From the human T2T-CHM13v2.0 reference genome, Homo sapiens, in NCBI RefSeq assembly GCF_009914755.1, contig NC_060928.1: DNA of 64,000 bases. One strand, written 5' to 3'. Below are positions 1 through 13,250 of the stretch, piece after piece. The number at the start of each line of letters is the position of its first letter. Position 1 is the stretch's first letter. The notes below the pieces were generated by a model. That model was not told where the DNA came from, did no database searches, and saw nothing but the letters and a program-made list of their open reading frames with translations. Position numbers and translations under genes: made by a program.

Positions 1-246
1 ACATTGGAGTACAGACCCTGACAACATGTGCTCAGCTTGATTTCACAATCTCATGTACTGGTAACAATGGCAACTTTTAATTCACAGTTCTCTGAAACCA
101 GAAAAATTACTTCAAGAAGCCACATCTGTTTACAGGCTTGATGAAGATCATAAACTCATATGTCAAACTTGATACCAAAATTGAATAAGACTTTGGGGGT
201 TTTGAGAAGTGATGAGCATAATTTACATGTAGGAGAAATGTACTTA

Positions 247-686
247 CAGTTGATCTGTGGGTAACACAGAGGTTAGGGATGCAAAATCCCCCTCCCTACA
301 GAGCCAAAAAAAAATGTATAATTTTTACTTCCCCAAAACTTAACAATTAATAGCCTACTGTTGACTGGAAGCCTTGCCAATAACATAAACTGCTGATTAA
401 CATATATTTCGTGTGCATTATATAATTATATACATGATTAAGGTAAACTAGAGAAAGAAAATGCTATTAAGAAAGTCATAAGGAGGATAAAATATATTTA
501 CTATTCATTAAGTGGAAGTGGATCATCATAAAGGTCTTCAACCTCATCATCTTCCCGTTGAGTAGAAGGAAGAGGAGGAGGAAGGGGAGGGTTGGTCTTG
601 CTGTCTCAGGGGTGGCAGAGGTGGAAGAAAATTCTCATAGAAGTGAACCCATGCAGTTCAAACTCATGTTGTTCATGGGTCAACTG
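247..686 (+). mobile_element. Tigger2a (MER28)-like non-autonomous TcMar DNA transposon
   Basis: Termini CAGTTGA...TCAACTG, TA duplication at 245-246 and 687-688, body matches recalled Tigger2a; nested in an MLT1-type element. Confidence 0.85.
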
Positions 687-689
687 TAA

Positions 690-850
690 TTGTAGCCAGG
701 GAGTGGACTGTGATAGATGAAGTGTGGCTACTAATTTATTTTGGCTCCTCCCATCAAGAGGTAAAGTCTATTTCCCAACCCCTTAAATCTGAGCTGGCCT
801 TCTGACTTTCTTTGACTTACAGAATGTGCTAAAAAGGATGAGAATGAAAG
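690..850 (+). mobile_element. MLT1-type (MaLR) internal 3' end and LTR start, partial
   Basis: ctcctcccatcaagaggt...cccttaaatctgagctggcc...tttgacttacagaatg resembles old MLT1 LTR 5' region. Confidence 0.6.
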
Positions 851-1016
851 TCTAAAGTACCTTCACTTAGGGAGTGGCCTATTTCCCTATTTTCTCATCC
901 ACTAAGCAAGAACTGTCAGATTAATCAGATTATCCCAAATTAATTACATTATCTTCTCCAACAAACAGAATAGGGAGAGGGATAAAAGCTTCCCTGCCAA
1001 CCTGTCCCCCTAGGGA

Positions 1017-1234
1017 AGGGGTCTGCAAATATAGCCTTTGGGTCAAATCTTCCCAGCCTTCTGTTTCTGTATGGTTGTATGGGAAAATAGCCATGTCCAT
1101 TTGTTTACTTATTGTCTATGGCTGCTTTCATACTATAATGGCAGAGCTGAACATTTGTGACAAAGACCATATGGCCCACAAAATGGAATATATTTACTAT
1201 GTCGTTCTTTACAGAAAAGGTTTGCCAAACCCTG
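1017..1234 (+). mobile_element. MER58A-like hAT-Charlie MITE
   Basis: Inverted termini ggggtctgcaaa...tttgccaaaccctg and typical MER58 body. Confidence 0.75.
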
Positions 1235-2489
1235 CTCTAGAAATACTGGCTTGGCAAAACTTTATGACCATATCCACAATAAAAAATAGTCTTCATAATG
1301 TGATCCTCTTTACATAATCATATATATTTTATATAATATAATCTGAAACAAATGTTTCATGAAATAATACCTCTTACTACATGTGATGCACTCTGACACT
1401 TTCTCTTCTCTTTTATATCATTTTTAAAGCTGATCACAATTCACTAAATTGACTTCATAACCCACTAATGAATTGCAACCTCCACCTTCTCTGAGGCAAG
1501 CATATAGGGAGAATGGTTTTCTCTGAGCTACAGTACATAAGAAATGCTGAAAAGATGATAGCAGCTGTTTGTTTTTTAATTAACTTTCTAGTAAAATATA
1601 CTACTGCAGTAGGACAGAAAACATATATTTAGATTTTCCTGTGCTCAGTATTCATTTATTCAACAAAATTTCAACAATTATTTACATAATACCTATATTT
1701 CAAGTCTTTGCTAGGTTCTGTGGGTATAAAGGTGAAGAAAACAAACATGGAGATTAGACTTTAGTGGGGAAAACAAATTTGAAACAAATACAAAAACATG
1801 TAAGTACCAACTGTGATATGAAAAAAAGGTACTGAGTCCCATACATTTATAATGTGAGACGTGGATAGAAACTTACCTAGTTTAGGGCAGGATGAGGCTT
1901 TGTCTAGTTGGAATGGCTTCACTGGAGAAGTGAAAGTGGACCTGATAACTTCACAATTGAGAAGTTAACTAGGCAAACAAGGTGGGAAAGAGGAAGAGCA
2001 GAACCCAAAGAAAGGACTAGCCAAATCAATTTTAATAATTACACATCAAACATTATACAGCACCTACTATACTTCTCTAAGCACTTTATACATATTAATT
2101 CATGATTTGCCAGAAAGAGGCAGATATGAAACAAAAATTCATGCCCCAAAGCACGACTAAACCAAACAGTTGCAAGGCAGCCTTATAGAACAGGAAAAAC
2201 ATGGGCTTTAGTGTCAACTATACTTGTGTTTAAATTTCTACTTATCTGAGTGATCACAAGCAAATTGCCTAACTTCTCTGAGCCCCAGTTGCTTTACTAC
2301 AAAATTAAATGTCATGAAAAATTAAATCAGTAATATATTGTACTATTGCCTGACATAAGTTAAACATCAAATATTAGTTTTTTAATTCCAAATCTTCCCC
2401 TATAGACTCGAAACTCCTTGAAAGCATGTGGCTAAATCTAAGTTCATTATTAATTCAGAAAAAAAAATTGTGGAGGGAAATTATACATA

Positions 2490-3390
2490 TTGAACTGAAA
2501 AGACAAAAAATAATTCCTTCAAAACACTAAGGGAAAATTTTTTTCTACATTAATGCTGAAACCAATCTCTCTATTATATAAGAATGAGAGTAGAAAAGAT
2601 ATTTTATGACATGCAAGGTCTCAACAATTTACCTCCAATTCACCATTTTTTAGGTAGCTACTGGAGAACATGCTCCACCAAATTAAGGGAATAAACTAAG
2701 AAAGAGGAAGACATGAAAAACAGGGCACAGAAGAATCCACACAGGGTAGAGTCACAGAGGATTCCCATATGATGGTGAAGGGAAGTCCCTGCAGGCCTAG
2801 AGACGCATCAATCCCAACTGCAGAACAGCACAGGCTCTGAGAGGGATGTCTTCATTAAAACCGACAAACTATCAATGTATTGACTACACTGAGAAGAATT
2901 CCAGGATTCTGTAGAAAACTTGGGGGGGATGAATTAGTAAAATGAATATAGAAAACAAAGCAAATTTTAAAATGAAGCAATTTTTAACTCCATGAAAAAC
3001 AAAAATTGTACACAAAAGGAAATATAAACATGGCTTAGCTATGAACAATATTTACATATTTAAAACTATGTATACAATTACTATTCATTGAACCAAAAAT
3101 TATGATTCAGGTGTATGGAAAGCATAGCAGGAAAGGCCACGTGTATTTCTATGGAGACAAGAGAGCTGTAGCCTCATCTTCCATATTAGGAAGTCAACAG
3201 GAAGTTTAAAATTTAAAAAGCAAGAAAGGGTAGTATATAGAAATATAGTAGAAATAACAGAAGAAACAAGCTAAAAAGAATTGAAAGTGGTTGGGAGAGG
3301 GTTGGGGATAGGGAGGATGGAGGACAGAACTGCTGCTTGTGTTTTAAGCCTTACAATAGTACATGTGCATTTGCGTGCAATAAATAAGAA
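2490..3390 (+). mobile_element. HAL1/old L1-related fragment
   Basis: A-rich degenerate sequence with gacatgcaaggtctcaa...ctactggagaacatgctccaccaaa motif recalled from HAL1; boundaries approximate. Confidence 0.5.
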
Positions 3391-4349
3391 CTGAACTTTA
3401 AAATGATATTCAAATTGCATGTTCACAGAACCCCTGAAACACCTCTGAAGAGTCCAGGAAAAGTATTTTAAAACAATTTAAAGCTCAGTGGGAATTTCTT
3501 AGAATACTGGACACAGTACTGGATCACTCATCATAGATAACAAAGCTTAAATGATTCTATATGAATGCTTTATTGGGGGCCACTTGAATTACACTTATGT
3601 TAACACTATAAGGTATCATTTTCCCATGTTACAGATTAGAAAACAATGTTAAATAACTCACTCAAGAGCACACTGCCAGTACAAAGATATGTGTGTGGTT
3701 TATATTCCCACACAGTACCAAAGAACACACCCAATTTTTCTTGAGTATGAAAAATACAATTCCAGGAGTCAAAATTTTTGTTCAAATGTTTTCTGAAATT
3801 TAATCCTGTCCAAAATGAAATTTTAAAAGTTATTCATTAAACTATCTCTTAGTAGCATATTTTTCTTTGCTATTCATTCCATGAACACATTTTTATTTAT
3901 TACTGTGCTATAATTTATTGTCAACCATAAGACTTACTACAAACTCACGATATAAGAAAAGTTAGCAGCAACAAAAGGATACATGAGCTGTAAAACTATA
4001 CAAGATCATGAAAAATTATTTATGGGAAATGTCAGACAACATATGATAATTGCATACTGATGATCTGTCTGAATAGAACATGTCCTGGGGTCAGATTCTA
4101 TTTTTGATAAGCTAATCATTTAAGTCTGAAATTATGGACAATTCCTATAGTACACTGGCACTCACAAATTTACTTGGGGAAATGTCCTTAATAGTGTGAG
4201 CAATCTATGATGAACAATCTAGCTGAGAATTAAGACTTTGTTCAGCATTTAAATAACTCCAAATAAATCAAACATTAATTTTGCCTTCTGACAATCTTTA
4301 ACTTAAAAATTCTTACAAGGCTTTTTTAAAAAAATAAATAAATACAATG

Positions 4350-4641
4350 GGCCAGGCGTGGTGGCTCATGCCTGTAATACCAGCACTTTGGGAGGCCGAG
4401 GTGGGCAGATCGCTTGAGGTCAGGAGTTGGAGACCAGCCTGGCCAACATGGTGAAACCCCATCTCTACTAAAAATACAAACATTAGCCGGGCGTAGTGGT
4501 GCACATCTGTAATCCCAGCTACTCAGGAGGCTGAGGCAGGAGAATCACTTGACCCCAGGAGGCGGATGTTGCAGTGAGCTGAGATCATGCCACTGCACTC
4601 CAGACAGAGCAAGACTCTGTCTCTAAATAAATAAATAAATA
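4350..4641 (+). mobile_element. AluS
   Basis: Full dimer GGCCAGGCGTGGTGGCTCA..., (TAAA)n tail, imperfect TSD aaa(t/c)acaatg. Confidence 0.95.
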
Positions 4642-4695
4642 AAACACAATGAAACTTGCCTCAAAAACTATTTTTCCCACCTAACTAAAAAGCAA

Positions 4696-4988
4696 CATGG
4701 TGGCTCATGCCTGTAATCCCAGCACTTTGGGAGGCTGAGTGGGGTGGATCTCGAGTCCAGTTCAAGACCAGCCTGGCCAACATGACGAAACTCTGTCTCT
4801 ACTAAAAATACAAAAATTAGCCAGGCATGGTGGCACAGCACCTGTAGTCCCAGCTACTCGAGGGCTGAAATGGAAGAATCACTTGAGCCCAGGAGGTAGA
4901 GATTGCAATGAGTCAAGATTATGCTGCTGCACTCCAGCCTGAGCAACAGAGCCAGACTCAGTCTCAAAAAAAAAAAAAAAAAAAAAAA
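4696..4988 (+). mobile_element. Alu (AluJ-like, slightly 5' truncated)
   Basis: Dimeric Alu with TTGAGCCCAGGAGG and pure poly(A) tail. Confidence 0.9.
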
Positions 4989-5627
4989 TTCAAAAAAGTC
5001 TGTATAACTATTTTTGAAGAGTTGTCTCCTTACTCCCCACATTCCATGTTGTATAGTAGTTGGGAATAATAGAAACAACAGGGGGGAAAAAAGCAATTAC
5101 AAATGAAGGGAATGATTTCCTGGTCAGCCGGGCCTCCATATTGGTAGGCAATCATTTTCTCTGTCTCTATTTGGGTCTTGTTTTGGTTTTTCCATCAGGC
5201 GTAACTCAAAGTTCTAAACTCTTTACTCCATGCTGCATTCCTCATGTTCCCTCAAGAGACTATATCAGATAGAACAGTTGCTACAAGCAATTTAAGGAAA
5301 AGAGATTATTGAAATGAAAAAGATTTACTAGCACTCATAGGACTAAAGGAAAATCTGGACACAATCTTAGCAAGGGTGAAAGCCCAATGAGTTGAAAACA
5401 TCATTACCATCAAATGACTCAGCTCCAATCACCTCTTGCCTCTAAGAGTCTTTACACAAGTTTAAAAGACTAAGAACTGGTTGGACTCATTTTGGTCACA
5501 TGGAGGACAGGGAACAAAATCTAATTATTAGAGAAACCCTCAAAATTTATATGAGAGAGAAGTACAGTGGGAATAGCTCCAACAAAAGGATTGCTGCTCA
5601 GAAAAAAAAAAAAAAAAGTCACAAGTG

Positions 5628-6901
5628 CAGTTTTGTACCACAAAACGACATTCCAGTCAATGACAAACTACTTATACAGTAGTAGTCCAAGGAGATTATA
5701 ATGAAGCTAAAAAATTCCTATCACCTAGTATTTACTACACTAAACTTTTTACTGTTATTTTAGAGCATACTCCTTCTACTTGTAGGGAAAAAAAATTTAA
5801 TCGTAAAACAGCCTCTTGAAGATCCTTTAGGAAGGTACTTCAGAAGAAGACAATGATAGCTCCATGCACTCTATTTCTCCTAAACACCTTCCAGTGGGAC
5901 AAGATGTGGAGGTGAAAAACTAATAATATAGATGGTCCTGACCCTGTGTAGACCTCTGCTAATGTGGGTGTTTGCATCTCAGTTTTCAGCAAAAGTTTGA
6001 AAAATAAAACTAAAAATAATTTTAAAAATAGAACAAAGCTTATAGAATAAGGATATAAAGAAAGAAAATATTTTTGTATGACTATACACTATGTTTGTGT
6101 TTTAAGCTAAGTGTTACTGCAAAAGAGTTTTAAAAAGTTAAAAATATTTAAAGGTTTATAAAGTAAAAAATGTACAGTAAGCAAAGGTTTATTATTAAAG
6201 AAAAAATTGTTTTTATAAATTTAGTGTAGCCTACGTGTAGGGTGTTTATAAAGTCTACAGTAGTGTACAGTAATGTGCTAGGCCTTCATACTCACTCACG
6301 GACTCACCCAGAGAAAATTCCAATACTGCAAGCTCCATTGATGGTAAGTGTCCTATACAGGTGTACCTTTTTTTTTAATCTTTTAAACCATATTTTTACT
6401 ATATGTGGGTTCCTTTCTCATTTCACATAGGTGAAAAATCAGGTCCAGAAAGATATTAAACAACTTAGGTTTACTGTTATGTAGTCAACAAGTGGTATAG
6501 CTGAGATTTGGCTCCAGAGTCTGGGCACTCAACCATTACACAACAGGCAAAAAAATCGAAGAGGTAGAATTTAGCACTTAACTAGAAACAGGGGTGAGAA
6601 TGATGAAGAGCTCAGGCATGACTCCTAGGATTCTGGATTCTGGATTTTACATATTGTACTATACCTTTTCTATGTTTAGGTAAACACAAATATTTACCAT
6701 TGTGTTACAACTGCCTACAGTAATCATGCTGTATAGGTTTGTAGCCTAGGAACAATAGGCTACGCCATACAGCTTAGGTGTGTAATAGGCTATACTATCT
6801 GGGTTTGTGTAGATACATTCTATAATGTTCATGCACAATGATGAAATTGCCTAACAATGCATTTCTCAAATGTATCCCCATTGTTAAGTGACATGTGACT
6901 G
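5628..6901. mobile_element. Tigger3b/MER7-like DNA transposon interrupted by a ~250-bp foreign insert
   Basis: Termini CAGT...ACTG|TA; body matches recalled Tigger3 (Golem) derivative on both sides of 6404-6649. Confidence 0.8.
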
Positions 6902-8490
6902 TAGTCTTCATAGAGAAAATAGGAAAATTAAACATAAATTCCATCCACATAATACTCATCCAATCAAAAAAAAACTCATATGTATGTCTACCCACCCATT
7001 AGCCCTTCTCCTTTTGTAAAACAGGTGCTCACCTCTCCTGTCCAGACTGAATATCTCCTAATGCACCTTAGACCTCACATTTGCCAATCTCTTCATTTAC
7101 CATGTCTTCCAGTAATTTCCACCTCTCTCTAAGGACTCCTTATATCACATATAAATATGCCAAAATCTTTCCCATGCTAGAAATCATTCCTTCCACCCTG
7201 GTATCCCTTTGGCAAACCCTTTCTTCTCTCCTTTATAAACAAGCTTCTAGGAAGAGAAGCCTACTACACTCTTGACTTCCTCATCTGACCCAGGGCTCTG
7301 CTTTAGCTTGCACTACCCCACTGAAACTGCACTCTCAGGGCCATAAACAACCTCTTCACTGCCACATGTAATAAATACATTTGGCCTTTGTTTTTGTGAG
7401 CAAGCATACCATAGTCACTTAAGAGCATGAACTTTGCAGTCACTCTCAGAGTTCACAATCCTGGCTCTGACACTTACCTTAGACAAACTATTTTAGCTCT
7501 GTTTTCTTATCCATAAAGCATGGTGATAAAAATATTTTATATCACAGATGTGTCTTGAAGAACTAACACATATAAAGTACTTAAAGCATTGCCTGAGACA
7601 TGTTAGGTGCTATATAAGTGTTAGCTATATGTTATCATCATTTTATTAGATCCCTTCCTATGACATTTAATATTGTTAACAATGTCTCCCTTGAAATCCT
7701 CAATTCCCTTGGCTTCTCTGATATTATTATCTTAAGGTTCTTGTACTTCTCTATTGCCTCTTCAAGTTCCTCTTCCTTTATCTGACTATTAAGTACTAAT
7801 GTGCCTAAGAATTATTCTTGGTTCTCATTCCTTTTCATTTAGCACATTGCCCCTGAAAATTGTATCTACTCCCTTAACCCCAATTACCAATTCTGTCCTT
7901 TCTTTCTTTCTTTCTTTTTCTTTCTTTTTTTCTTTCTTTTCTTTTTCTTTCTCTCCATCTATTATTTTATCTAACAAATATTCATTGAGTTATTCTGTGC
8001 CAGGCATCATGCCAAGCACTCTGGCCCAGGCTCCTGCCGGAGCTCCAGATCCACATAATCTATTTGACTTCTCTATCCATGTGCCTCAAAGGTACCTCAA
8101 ATTCAAGATATCCAGAACTAAATTTGTCACTCTCTCATCCTCCAAACATGTTCCTCCTTCTGTATTCTCTGACCCAGAGACAAGCATTATCATGAACCAG
8201 GGTGGCCAATCCAGAATCCTAGGAGTCATATCTGAGCTCTTCATCATTCACATCCCTGCTTCTAGGTAAGTGCTAAATTCTACCTCTTCAATATTTTTGC
8301 CTGTTGTGTAATGGTTGAGTGCCCAGACTTTGGAGCCAAATCCAGCTATACTACTTGCTGACTACATAACATTAAACATAAGCTGTTTAACGTCTCTGGA
8401 CTTCATTTTTCTCCTATGTAAAATGAGGAATGAACCCAGTTCACAGGATGTGATGAGTATTAAATGGAACAATTCACATATATTACATAG

Positions 8491-9074
8491 TGTTGATGGC
8501 TGTTGTGACACCTTGATTCTTCTTAGTTTAAAAGAATTTAAACAAGAGACACACAGCAAAGAAGATGCAGCATAGAGTAATTTATTGCAAAAGAAATTTT
8601 GAAAGTTAGAACAGACAGTACACCATGAGATTGTGAGAATTTCGGGTGGGCTGCTTTTAAGGGTGAGATGGCAAAGACTGGAACTAGGGAGACTCCCTTT
8701 ATGAGAGTCTTACATGATTATTCAAAGGGGGTGGGAAGAGGTGTTACTAGTAAGCATATTCTGCGTGGTCTTCTGGGTGCACACGCACAGTAGCTGTACA
8801 TGCTTGTTCATACATTGCATGTCTCATTAGCATCTTAAGTCTCCACCCATGGGTGTGTTTTTTTACTATTATAATGAGCAAAGCGTCAGTCTGAGAACAG
8901 GTAAAATCAAAACGTCCAAGCTTTGTAGAGGGGAAATTCCGCACTGAAGATATCTTTGTTTGACTGAGCTCAATTACAGTGCAAATGCTGAGGCTTATTA
9001 TGGTGACCATACGGTCACCATAGTTGCTACATCACAAGAACATGGTTATTTCCTTGACTACCTGTCCTTCCTCA
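8491..9074 (-). mobile_element. MER66-like ERV1 solo LTR inserted in a MIR
   Basis: Minus strand begins TGAGGAAGGACAGGTAGTCAAGGAAATAACCATG, ends CA; minus-strand AATAAA at 8581-8586; flanks atag/atat; MIR continues either side. Confidence 0.75.
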
Positions 9075-12000
9075 ATATCACTGTGTCTAACACATAGTAA
9101 GTACTGAATAAATACAGATTATTTCATTTACATCTTCCCTACTTACATTATATTAGTTCAAGCCTCTGTTCTCCCTTAGCTATCATTCTAACTGGTGTCC
9201 TTGTGTCCAGTCTTGATCCTCATGAGCCCATTAGTCATACTACTGCCCAAAAATCTGACCTAAAACTCATTACCATAAAATAGAAATGCAACAAACTTGA
9301 AGTGAACAGTATAGACTCAATTAATCACACATGGAGGGAAAACTATCCACAACTTGGATCCATCTGAAAATTAGTATCAGGTTAATAATAAAAACGAAGA
9401 CTTAGAATCAACTTTCAGACACAAATCATATTTCCCACCTATTGGCAAACTGCCCCCACAGCAAATGCTATTCATATGCATTCAGCTTGGCTTAACCAAA
9501 GCAAGCAAGTGATTAAGATCATTTATTACAAGACGCCAGTTCTTGATTCTTTTTTGATCATGCACAACATAAAGGAGAATTAATGTTTATAGCTATCTTC
9601 AATACTGAAGGAAGTCTATTACTGAAGTCAGTATTATTCCCTTCAGTAATCAAAAATTACTGAATTTTTGATGGGAGTCTTACATGATTATTCATAAGGG
9701 GGTGGAAAGAGGTGTTACTGAAATTACTTAATTTTTGATAGGTGTATTTAAAATTCTGAATTGTCAAGAACCTGGAGAACTCTGAGTCCTGAAAGGAATG
9801 CAGCATGAAGATTTAGTTGATAATTTATTAATTTAACATAATAATTGAAGCATAAAAAGTTTGAGTAAGGTTAAACCATATTGGTTAATAGTTATCATTT
9901 GATATATTATGGAAAACTTGTTGAAAAGTTATACCACTGAATCTTATGTTCCTATTCTAAAGTGGAAGAAAACTTGCAGCATGAGTTGAGAAAGAATACT
10001 TCTAAGCCAGATAGTCTGGAACAAACTAATTTTATTTATATACATAAATACTGATATATTAGATGTTAGCCTACCTTTTATTTTCTACTGCCAGTAACAG
10101 TTTTTCTTGTCTTGATTTAAATTTAATCAAGCTGCCTCCCTCTAAATCACTCAGACTGGAAAAATGCTACCCAAGAAAAGTATGGCTTAGTTTGACCAAG
10201 TAAAATAATTAAACTGAAAATGTACAAATAGCTGGGAAATTTTCTGTTAACCATTTAACCATGCTCCGGAAAGAAAAAAAAAAAACAAAAAAACAATTTC
10301 ATAAGGCAGCATTTTATCTGTCATTAACTGAATCACATTTTTAATCAAAAACACACACTTAAATTAATATTGTTCACCCCTTAAAAACAAACAAGCAATA
10401 TAACTTTATTGATTATCAATGCAAAAGAGCTAGAGGAAATAGTGAGAACATCTTATTTTTCATAGTTCAATTAGCTCTGCATTGAAATGAATCTGCAGTA
10501 CAACACGCATTATGGAATAACTAATATCTTCACTGCTGCTTTCTTTGGAAGTAATGTCATCTGTCATATAATCTCATCTTGGACTATGTTATTAAAAAGC
10601 TATAGAAGATAGACATTGGAAGATCAAGATTAGTTTTTTCACAGATGAAACCACAAAATCAATGAAGCATCATTATTCATACAGAAATAGAAGGAAATAT
10701 ACAACTTTTACTGCTATCATACCCCCAAAAATGATGTAGGTCAAAAGGCAGTTTCCATATCATCATACAATAAATCCTAGTCACAAATTTATGTCATTGT
10801 GTGAAGGCATTTGAAGGGTTGATAATGGAACTTGTTCAGCTTTTTTTTTAATGGCTAAAGATTAGAGACAACTCTAAAAAGAAGGGTAATTTTCAAAATT
10901 CTGTCTGTCTCTAAAATAAAATCTTATTGCAAAAAAAATTGTTAGTAAATAATTGGATTGACTCTACAATATTTGGAGCCCAAATCTCAGTAGATTTTGT
11001 GGGGGGATTATTTGATGTGTATTGTAGGATAGGTCAAATAAGAAATTATGTTTATATTGTTGATCACAGAGATTTTTAGGATCTTTGAAAGGAGACAAGC
11101 AGATTCATGATCAATAAGATTAAGTAACAATTATGTCCTGAATTTGGACTGGAAATATAAGTGTGACCTCATTATGGATTTTATTTTTAAACATATATCA
11201 AGACAGAAAGAGAGAGAAGGAAAGCTCATAAATCCCTCAGAAACAATGGAAATCACTCAGAAACAACAAAAATAAGACAAATTTAGTAGCATCCAGAATG
11301 GGGTCTCTAAATACTCCTTCCCCCAAAGAGGAACAAGGATAATTTGGAGAAGAAGCTACCTCCAGAGGTGGGACAGGAAATGTTCAAGATGAGCCTATAA
11401 CATCTTGTCATACCAGAGATCCACGAAGGCAATAGGGACTACTAGGGTCATGTCACGAGGATTCAGGAGTCAACCTGAATAAACTCCTCCTGTACAAATA
11501 TAGTATAATTTGAGCATCAATATGATTAATATTAAACTATGTTTACACCCATTAATTCTTTATAATATGAAAAAAGCTTATTTATTTTCTTTGAAGGATA
11601 CTCTACCTTTCTTAGCTCTGTCTGAAATAAACAAGTACACAGATCTAAAGATGTGTATATGCTTATTTTTTGTAGCAGCCAGGCTTTTAGCACAATATGA
11701 AAAAATATCGTATTCATCTCAAAATAAATTTAAACCATGAATATGCCTACTAATATATTTAACTTCTAACCCAACAAAAGCATTTTCCATAGGTGGCAAT
11801 AGCAGAAAAAAATAGAAAGCACAATGTGATTAGAGAAATTTACATAAATTCATTCCTGTTGCTTCTATAGAAGTTAATGCAATTAATTCTCTACAAGGTC
11901 AATTAAGAACTGCTGATGAAGTTTTCTGAAGGATTGCCTGAATCCTTTTAAATCTTTTAGATTTAGTCTATATCTATTACATTCTTTAGAAAAACTTTTA

Positions 12001-13250
12001 GCAATAATCAACATTTCATCTTATTGAGGAAAGAAACTTTGCAAGAAGCAGTAGTTTATCTTTCATTTGATATATTAAATCCCTTTCAAGTATATGTTGA
12101 ATCTTTGGAGGTAAATTCAGTGGGGTGTTCCCAAGGGCAGCCTCTCAGTCAGTCCTATTTTCAAACCAAAGATGCCTGTTGTTGCCAATATATTGCTGTT
12201 ACGTTTTAGCAGATGGCTGTGGTAACATATTACTCCATCTAGTTAAGTAGGTTCTATTCACACAGGCATGTAACTATTTCCTTTTGTATCATTCACATTC
12301 ATTTCTTAGCACACACTTTGCTTTTCTTCACATTCCGCGCAATATGTGCTTGAGATCAAACATCCAATTTTTAACACTATAATTATTCTCCCTACCATTT
12401 AAAATATCCTACAAGAGCAGTATGGTGCAGTAAAAATTACATGGGCTTTGAAATAAGACAAATCTTGGTTAGAAACACAAAATCACTATATATATGGCCT
12501 TGGGGAAATTACATACCCTGAGCCCATTTCATTGCCTGTAAAGTAGGAAAAATAATACCTAACTTGCAAATTTGTTGTAAAGATTGATGTAGTACATACA
12601 GAAAATACCTCCTCCCCACCAAATGATAAATACAAAAGTTTACAATAAAGCAGTAAGTTCTCATTTTCTCTCTCTGAGCTCTATCTTTCTACACAGTAAG
12701 ATCATGCTTTGTATTGCTATTTTAATAATACCAACATGTCCTCCATGAGCTATTTAATCTCATACTCCACTCAATACAGTGATTGCTGATATTTTTCCTG
12801 ACTCTTTTGCTTTCATTCTCTTTCTGGTGATCCTATGAGAACTGGTGTCAGCAGATAATTTCTATATAGAATCAACTTGAAGCAACAATCTGGTAAGGAA
12901 ACATTCAGAAAATTGTAAAGCTGGATGCATTAGCAATGTCTTGCTTCTTAACCTTGCTAATTTTGAGCCCCTACCTTCTTGCTCATTTTGTACCTGTTCA
13001 TTGGCTTTCTTTCATTCAGATCCTTGAACGCTCCTTCCTGATCTAGGACCTTTGCACAAGCTGTTTGACTGCTCCCTGGAAATCTTAAATCTCCTCACCC
13101 TGCTCAACCTTCTGTCTTTAGCTTAAATGATGCCTTCTCAGGGAAACCCTCCTTAAATTTCCAGACTAATTTAAGTTTTTTCCTACTACATCCATACTTT
13201 TTTCATAACATTTACCTCAAATTTTTAAAATTAAGTAAAAATATTTCTGT

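Noticed and set aside
7799-8269. 156-aa ORF with a Phe/Ser-rich hydrophobic stretch
   Set aside because: Spans L2 debris and a T-rich simple repeat; no splice or codon evidence.
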